A stretch of DNA of 64,000 bases from a virus (lineage: Duplodnaviria > Caudoviricetes): positions 14,282 to 78,281 of the IMG/VR virus record IMGVR_UViG_2850949226_000003, one strand, 5' to 3'. Made by a program: the position numbers and the translations under genes. Shown in pieces: positions 58,239 to 64,000 of this stretch. Every line of letters begins with the position of its first letter. Position 1 is the stretch's first letter. The notes beneath the pieces were generated by a model. The model was not told the DNA's origin, did not search any database, and saw nothing but the letters and a program-made list of their open reading frames with translations.

Positions 58239-58485
58239 TAATTTTTCCCTCCGTTTCTTGGCGATCAGGTGGCAATGTCGAGCGATGGTTGCTATCCTGT
58301 GTTTTATTATTGTTTTTAGCGATTGCAGGTGGTTTAGGTCCAAATTCTGAATTGTATTCTGCGACGGCGCCTTTTATAAGGCTATTGAGTAACGTCGGAG
58401 TAACGGCAGGTAGTTTGTGACCCCTTTTTTCTAATTCATTTATGGCCGTTAGTAAATCAACGATTTTGGAAAACAAAGAATCCAT
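58228..58485 (-). CDS. Hypothetical protein
   Basis: RBS AAAGGA; overlaps Sak4 start. Confidence 0.55.
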   Translation of the reverse strand: MDSLFSKIVDLLTAINELEKRGHKLPAVTPTLLNSLIKGAVAEYNSEFGPKPPAIAKNNNKTQDSNHRSTLPPDRQETEGKINGF

Positions 58486-58548
58486 TCAAAGGCATCCTTT
58501 CTATAACTTTATTTTATAACCAGGAGAGGATTAACTCTCCCGGATTTA

Positions 58549-59499
58549 TTATTGGCCGAATGGAAAACCGTTGCCTTGACCATTGTTACCGAAAATTTGG
58601 TTAGCTTGTTGTGCAATAGGGTCGTTATCAGGGAGAGTTTGAGCGCCGGCAAACGGATTATAATTTCCTGAATTTTGTTGACCAAATGGATTACCTTGTT
58701 GTGGTGGTTGCTGACCAAATCCGGGTTGTTGGCCACCTTGAGCAGAAGGTTGCTGACCAGGGTTTCCTTGACCAAATGACCCCATTGAGTTTCCTTGTGG
58801 CCCTGGCTGTTGGGATTCACCCTGTACCACGAGCTTACCTACTTCAACCCGTTCGATCCGTTCGCCGGAGCCAACAGGGAAGCCGTATTCGTCAAAAGTT
58901 GTATCATCTCTGTTGATGTATTTATACCCCACTTCGATGTTGCTTCCATCCCTAACTTTTGTTTGGAACTCCTGTACAAGAGCAGGATCATGAACTTCAA
59001 GAGTGATAATATCCGGATCAGTTGGTTGACCATTTTTCAATTTGGTGCGATTACCTTCTTTATCAACGCCGTAAGAAATGAGATTAAATTTAACAATATT
59101 TCCTTCCATGCGAAGGTTGAACACTTCTCCGCCTAATCGACCATTAACCGCATCCGGCATATCAGAACCGTCAACGCGTTTCGCTTCAGACATTTCAACG
59201 AATGATGTTGCATTCGTATAGACTTTACCTTGATCAGTAACAAATTGGTTCAATGTCGTAAGCCCTAAACGTACTCGCGGTTTTTCAGAAACCGGGAAAT
59301 TATCCATAGCGTATTGGGATTTTTCTAACTTAGGAACACGAACATTCACAGAGCCATACCCTTTAGCGTTGATAAGAAATTCATGACCGAAAAGTTCTCC
59401 GTTTTTCATTCGGAGTTCCTTCGCATAAACCAATGTCCCTACAACGTTACCGATGTTAGAATACTTGAAGTTTGGCTTGAATTCTGGCACATTCATCAT
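58549..59499 (-). CDS. Single-stranded DNA-binding protein (tandem OB-like) with Q/G/N/P-rich tail
   Basis: Beta-rich body, long disordered tail ending FPFGQ; own promoter and terminator; next to Sak4. Confidence 0.6.
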   Translation of the reverse strand: MMNVPEFKPNFKYSNIGNVVGTLVYAKELRMKNGELFGHEFLINAKGYGSVNVRVPKLEKSQYAMDNFPVSEKPRVRLGLTTLNQFVTDQGKVYTNATSFVEMSEAKRVDGSDMPDAVNGRLGGEVFNLRMEGNIVKFNLISYGVDKEGNRTKLKNGQPTDPDIITLEVHDPALVQEFQTKVRDGSNIEVGYKYINRDDTTFDEYGFPVGSGERIERVEVGKLVVQGESQQPGPQGNSMGSFGQGNPGQQPSAQGGQQPGFGQQPPQQGNPFGQQNSGNYNPFAGAQTLPDNDPIAQQANQIFGNNGQGNGFPFGQ

Positions 59500-59550
59500 T
59501 TACCGAACCTCTCCTTTTTGGTTTTTGTTTAAACCCTTTCGGGTAATTTT

Positions 59551-59579
59551 ATTATATTCTATCATTATAACTTTTGCAA
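59551..59579 (-). promoter_or_regulatory. SigA-type promoter of the SSB/recombination operon
   Basis: TTGCAA-17-TATAAT on the minus strand, overlapped by CATTATAAC-N26-GTTATAATG. Confidence 0.75.
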
Positions 59580-59607
59580 CTTATTTTATTAATATTGGTT
59601 ATAATGA

Positions 59608-60648
59608 TTATAATTGATCAAAGCCGTTGTTTTTTGATACTTTGTTGTATGAAGATACCTTAGTTTCAAAGAAATCCGCTTTGCCTAACGAATTATCTTC
59701 ATACACTTTAATCCATTTCAACGGACTTTGTGTATAGCCAGGGAATACCCTTTCGTTTCCATATCCTAATTCTCTAACTCGTTTATTAGCGATAAATTTT
59801 ACATACGAGTGTACATCTTTGACGCTAATACCTTCAATCTGATTTCCAATAATGTAGTCTGCCCACGCCATCTCATATTCCGCCGCGCGCTTGAACGTTT
59901 CGATTGCAAATTTCTCCATCTCTTCACGATCAATTTGTTTGTTCTCTAAAAGAATTTGTTTGTAAATATTACAGAACAATCCTACATGCTGTTGTTCGTC
60001 GCGGTTGATGAAGTTTATCATTTTGGCCGTAGCTAACATTTTTTGATTTCGAGCAAGGTTATAAAAGAAAGCAAAACCAGAATAGAAGAAAAGACCCTCT
60101 AAAATAACGTCATAAACTACGGAACGAAGCAAAGTCTTTAAGCTTGGATTGTCAGTGAACTCTTCGTAACCCTTGGCTAAAAAATCATTTCTCTTCCTTA
60201 ACACTTTATCAGTACGCCAATAATTAAATATTCTGTGCTGTTCGTCCGAATTGACTAAGCTTGATAATGTATAGGTGTAAGATTCGTTATGAATTACTTC
60301 TTGTTGAGATAAAGTGATCATGGTTGCATTTAAAGAAGAGTCCGTGATAAAGTCAGCAACCCTCATGGTGTAATCAGATTGGACAGAATCAAGAAAAGCA
60401 AGTAAACCTATGATTTTTTTGAATGTATCTTGTTCTGCTTCAGGTAATGTTGGAAATTGCATACGATCAGCGCTCATGTCAATCTCTTCTGGTCGCCAAA
60501 AGTTTTTCATCATCGCTTTGTAAAATCTACGAGCGAATGGGTAAGCGATATCATCCCAATTTAAGATATTGCTACTTTCTCCATTTACAATTCCTGTTGA
60601 TTTATTCGGAGCTTTAGTGTCGTAAAGCTTCCTTTTTTTGATGTCCAT
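59608..60648 (-). CDS. nrdB: Ribonucleotide reductase class I beta subunit
   Basis: FWRPEEI, LAFLDSVQ, EVIHNESY, LEGLFFYSGF, RDEQQH, DFFE...Y. Confidence 0.93.
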   Translation of the reverse strand: MDIKKRKLYDTKAPNKSTGIVNGESSNILNWDDIAYPFARRFYKAMMKNFWRPEEIDMSADRMQFPTLPEAEQDTFKKIIGLLAFLDSVQSDYTMRVADFITDSSLNATMITLSQQEVIHNESYTYTLSSLVNSDEQHRIFNYWRTDKVLRKRNDFLAKGYEEFTDNPSLKTLLRSVVYDVILEGLFFYSGFAFFYNLARNQKMLATAKMINFINRDEQQHVGLFCNIYKQILLENKQIDREEMEKFAIETFKRAAEYEMAWADYIIGNQIEGISVKDVHSYVKFIANKRVRELGYGNERVFPGYTQSPLKWIKVYEDNSLGKADFFETKVSSYNKVSKNNGFDQL

Positions 60649-60723
60649 AAATCAAATTCCTCCAATTCTGAAGTTAAGATAAACATGATGAAGAAGAGGG
60701 GGGGGCGCACCCTCTTTGTTAGA

Positions 60724-63054
60724 TCATTGACAAGAATCGCATTCATTGATTTTTTCTTGCTCCATAGTGCGAACATAATAAGTTGTTTTAACGCCCGATT
60801 CCCACGCTTCCATATGCAGAGAGAGTAATTCAGATGCTGGAATTTCAGACGGCACATATAAATTAAAAGAAATGGCTTGATCTACATGTTTTTGTCTTGC
60901 GGCGTTTTGTTTGACGCTCCAGTGTTGATCAATTAAGAATGCACTCTTATAAAACCAAGTTGTTTTTGGTGAGATATCCGGAGCTGTCACTATAACACGA
61001 TACCTTCTTTTTTGTTCCTCGTACTCTTTCATATAAATCGGATCGATAGACGGAGAAGTACCGGCAACATGAGCTGTGGTTGCGTTAGGAGCTATAGCCA
61101 TCAAGAAACCATTTCTAAGGCCATTCTTAGAAACAAGTTCCCTTAGTTCTTTCCATCTTTCAGCATCATACCCACGTCTTTCGAAGTATCTACCGGTATG
61201 CCATTCAGAGTTTTCGAATAGCTCATAATGCCCCTTCTCTTTAGAAAGTTCCATTGATGATTTAATGGTTAAATAAGCGATTTCTTCATAAAGTTTATCT
61301 TGGAAGTCTATTGCCTCTGGAGACTCCCATTTGATCCCCTCTAAAGCAAGAAGATGATGCAAACCGAAGGTACCCAAACCTATTCCTCTAAACCGTTTGT
61401 TTGTATACCGCGCTTCGGGAACTTCGATGTTATTCAAATCAATGACATTATCTAAAGCCCTTACCTGGATAGGGATCAATTCGGAGAGAACTTTGTCACG
61501 AACGGCCCTTGCCAAGTTAATCGAAGACAAGTTACATACCACCATATCACCTGATTTTTTCTTTATGGTGATTTCTCCGGTTTCATCGTTAAGAGTTTCA
61601 GTTATGAATTGTGTTGCTGAAGTATTTTGTGCAATTTCGGAACAGAGATTACTAGAAAAAATAGAAGTTCGACCTAGAGGAACCAAGTGTTTATTCGGGT
61701 TCGCTCTGTTTACCGCATCCCTATAAAACATGTAAGGTGTTCCGGTTTCTAGCTGACTCATCATGATTTGAATCATTATGTCCATTGCACGATATGTCTT
61801 TCGAGATAACAATGGATGAGCGACGGCTTCCTCATATTTTTCTGTAAAATATTTAATATCATCTTCATCATAGAAATCTTCAAGACCTAACGGATTACCA
61901 TTTTCGTCTTTCCAGCCCATTAATTGTTTAACTTCGTACGGATCAAACGCATGCCATCGGCCGATACTTCTTCCATTCTCGTCAACTTCTTTTAACTTTC
62001 TCATAAACAGATCGGGAATAGACACGCCCGTAAAGATATCGTGCGCTCTTAATCTTTCATCACCTGTATTCAGGCGCAAATCCAAGAAATCCATGATATC
62101 CTTGTGGAAGATGTCCAAGTAGACAGCGATGGCCCCTTGGCGTTGTCCTAACTGATCTACACTTACTGCGGTTTGATTTATACCTTTAATCCAAGGAACT
62201 ACCCCACCACTAATGCCTTTAAATCCTTTGATATCGGAACCCTTTGCGCGTATCTTCCCTAAATAAACACCGATTCCTCCACCATTTTTGGAAAGAGTAG
62301 CGATATCTGTGTTTGAGTCGTAAATGCTACGTAAACTATCTTCTTCAGTTATAATAAAACAGCTTGATAATTGTCCGTAGCTTTTTCCGGCGTTCGCCAA
62401 AGTAGGTGTAGCCACAGTCATATAGTGGTTAGATAAGGCCCAATATAACTTCTTTACATAATCTAACCGCTTATTCCGATCTTCGTTTTTCATAAGCCAC
62501 ATTGAAATTATCATAAAGCGTTCTTGTGGCAATTCATAAACATTCTTTTTGTGATCGGTCGCCAAATACTTCTCTTCAAAAATCCTCAAACCGAAATATT
62601 TAAAAAGCATATCCTTTGCTGGATTAATGATTGTTTCAAGATGATCAATTTCTTCCTTAGAATAATCTCGAAGGAGATGTTGGTGATAAATCCCTTTCGC
62701 TCCTAAAGTTTTGAGTAAGCCGTATAAGGAGCCGTATTTTTCGTTTGCATCATAACAACGATTACGAGAAGCTTCTTTGTATAACTTCTTGAGGTAGAAA
62801 TCACTAGCGACGTAAGCCCAATCAGGTTCGAATTGAGACGTCCGTTCGTTTGAAGTGATGATTAACAAGTTTGTTATTTGTTCAGCACTATACTCATCTT
62901 TAGCTTCAATGGATTCCACTATTTCTTTAATATAGACTTTTGCTGATTCTGTTAAAGAAGGGAAGCGATCGGTAGTTCTTAAAATGAAGTTTGTTAAACG
63001 TTCTTTGTTGAAAGGAAGTCTTCTTAATCCATTTTCTTTAGTGATGGTCGTCAT
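60724..63054 (-). CDS. nrdA: Ribonucleotide reductase class I alpha subunit with ATP-cone-like N-terminus
   Basis: ATPTLANAG, LSSCF, GGGIG, SNLCSEI, VCNLSSINL, APNAT, KTTYY, C-terminal CDSC; no intron or intein seen. Confidence 0.95.
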   Translation of the reverse strand: MTTITKENGLRRLPFNKERLTNFILRTTDRFPSLTESAKVYIKEIVESIEAKDEYSAEQITNLLIITSNERTSQFEPDWAYVASDFYLKKLYKEASRNRCYDANEKYGSLYGLLKTLGAKGIYHQHLLRDYSKEEIDHLETIINPAKDMLFKYFGLRIFEEKYLATDHKKNVYELPQERFMIISMWLMKNEDRNKRLDYVKKLYWALSNHYMTVATPTLANAGKSYGQLSSCFIITEEDSLRSIYDSNTDIATLSKNGGGIGVYLGKIRAKGSDIKGFKGISGGVVPWIKGINQTAVSVDQLGQRQGAIAVYLDIFHKDIMDFLDLRLNTGDERLRAHDIFTGVSIPDLFMRKLKEVDENGRSIGRWHAFDPYEVKQLMGWKDENGNPLGLEDFYDEDDIKYFTEKYEEAVAHPLLSRKTYRAMDIMIQIMMSQLETGTPYMFYRDAVNRANPNKHLVPLGRTSIFSSNLCSEIAQNTSATQFITETLNDETGEITIKKKSGDMVVCNLSSINLARAVRDKVLSELIPIQVRALDNVIDLNNIEVPEARYTNKRFRGIGLGTFGLHHLLALEGIKWESPEAIDFQDKLYEEIAYLTIKSSMELSKEKGHYELFENSEWHTGRYFERRGYDAERWKELRELVSKNGLRNGFLMAIAPNATTAHVAGTSPSIDPIYMKEYEEQKRRYRVIVTAPDISPKTTWFYKSAFLIDQHWSVKQNAARQKHVDQAISFNLYVPSEIPASELLSLHMEAWESGVKTTYYVRTMEQEKINECDSCQ

Positions 63055-63065
63055 TTATCAAACCT

Positions 63066-63440
63066 CTACTTTCCTAATTTAAGATATGGATTGTCCTTTG
63101 TTTGGATGTGTGGTTCAACCTCTTCAGTCGTTAAAACCCCCGCATCTACCATCTCTTGAACTTTTTTGAGATCGATATCATCTTTCGTGCAAATTTCCAG
63201 AACGCCTTTTTCAGCAAGAAAGGTTTTGAGGCTTTCCTTCGGCTTGCGTTCCGTCTTGTTAACTCTTTGCACTTTGCCATTAACTCCTGCAAAAAAACCG
63301 CCATTTCGTTCTACTTCATTCAAAGCTTCACTCTTCAACTTCTCGATCTCTTCCTTTGCTTCAGCTTCGGCTTTTTTGTAATAAATCCAACGTTCGGCCA
63401 ATGTCAGCTTCTCGTCTGGCTTGTGTATAAAATTACTCAT
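63066..63440 (-). CDS. Phage hypothetical protein
   Basis: ATG 63440 after GGAGGAG. Confidence 0.65.
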   Translation of the reverse strand: MSNFIHKPDEKLTLAERWIYYKKAEAEAKEEIEKLKSEALNEVERNGGFFAGVNGKVQRVNKTERKPKESLKTFLAEKGVLEICTKDDIDLKKVQEMVDAGVLTTEEVEPHIQTKDNPYLKLGK

Positions 63441-63681
63441 TTTTATTCTCCTCCAATACTTTGAAAGATAACTTCTCGTAAAGGTCAATTGCTGTGTGCA
63501 AGACGATATCGATTTCTTTTTCAGACATTTCGTTAGGGGGTGAAAACTCTTTCGCAATTAATTTCGAAATCTCTGATTCATTCGGCAAAGATTCTTCGAT
63601 ACCGTAAATTTCCCAAAGGAAAAGTCGAATCCCACCTACCAAAATCAACTTTTCCTTCATAGTTAAATGATCAATATTCAT
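63433..63681 (-). CDS. Hypothetical protein
   Basis: Overlapping operon member. Confidence 0.55.
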   Translation of the reverse strand: MNIDHLTMKEKLILVGGIRLFLWEIYGIEESLPNESEISKLIAKEFSPPNEMSEKEIDIVLHTAIDLYEKLSFKVLEENKNE

Positions 63682-63685
63682 TTGT

Positions 63686-64000
63686 TTATCCTGCTAAGAC
63701 AGCATCTACAGATTTATTGACCAGTCGAGAGATTTCATCGTTTGTGCCTTCAAATTCGAGTTTCACTTTGAAGTACCGAACAGGGATTTTATTGATTTTC
63801 TTGATGGCGACTGTAACGCCTGTTAGCTCTGCAACAAAATCCACATCATGAAGGCTGACATTAAGTTCTGAATTAACCATGTTGACAATATCCGGATCAA
63901 GTCTCATTGTCTCGAGAGTGACTACAGTTACTTTATACTTATAGTCTTTGTCTTTCTTCGTCTTGACGTTAGAGTTGATCACTTCGGCTTTGAATTCCAT
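63686..64000 (-). CDS. Hypothetical protein (start at window edge)
   Basis: 104-aa ORF from ATG at 64000; upstream not visible. Confidence 0.5.
   Translation of the reverse strand: MEFKAEVINSNVKTKKDKDYKYKVTVVTLETMRLDPDIVNMVNSELNVSLHDVDFVAELTGVTVAIKKINKIPVRYFKVKLEFEGTNDEISRLVNKSVDAVLAG

Larger units (their letters stand above)
9950..64000. mobile_element. Large siphovirus-like Bacillus (pro)phage, partial
   Basis: Packaging, head, tail and lysis modules converge on a replication/nucleotide arm. Left boundary uncertain (its motif also occurs at 4435); att sites and integrase not seen. Confidence 0.9.

Noticed and set aside
58509-58820. 103-aa alternative-frame ORF over the SSB tail as a frameshift product
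   Set aside because: Open frame is a by-product of low-complexity codons; no slippery site seen.
59608-63054. Group I intron or intein in the RNR genes, as in SPbeta
   Set aside because: Both ORFs are continuous and of normal length, with no splicing motifs.
1-64000. CRISPR array, tRNA/rRNA genes, integrase/att sites, arbitrium aimR-aimP
   Set aside because: None recognised by eye; tRNAscan and CRISPR finders would be needed to exclude weak cases.

Overview
Bacillus-type DNA (licheniformis/subtilis-group by protein resemblance), almost entirely phage-related. 1-4.4 kb is a cargo block: 5' end of a rap gene, a small Zn-ribbon ORF, an LXG toxin with two Imm30-like immunity genes and a membrane protein. 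4.4-10 kb is a mosaic of small phage genes with truncation scars and a frameshifted poly-gamma-glutamate hydrolase plus beta-helix protein. About 10-46.5 kb (+) holds middle genes, packaging, head, tail and lysis genes of a large siphovirus-like (pro)phage. 46.5-64 kb (-) holds its replication, recombination and nucleotide genes. No integrase, repressor or DNA polymerase is in the window. Best leads: homologues of forespore regulators (YjbA/MdfA, RsfA, SigF/G-like sigma, AbrB); a recurring TGAGA-N18/19-TA(C/T) late-promoter motif; a roughly 330-nt structured, terminator-ended leader or ncRNA before terS; long-spacer TTATAAC-N26-GTTATAA inverted repeats at promoters; two programmed tail frameshifts; a truncated terminase-like ATPase; and a two-domain beta-clamp-like protein. 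All family calls are by eye from remembered motifs; no searches were run.
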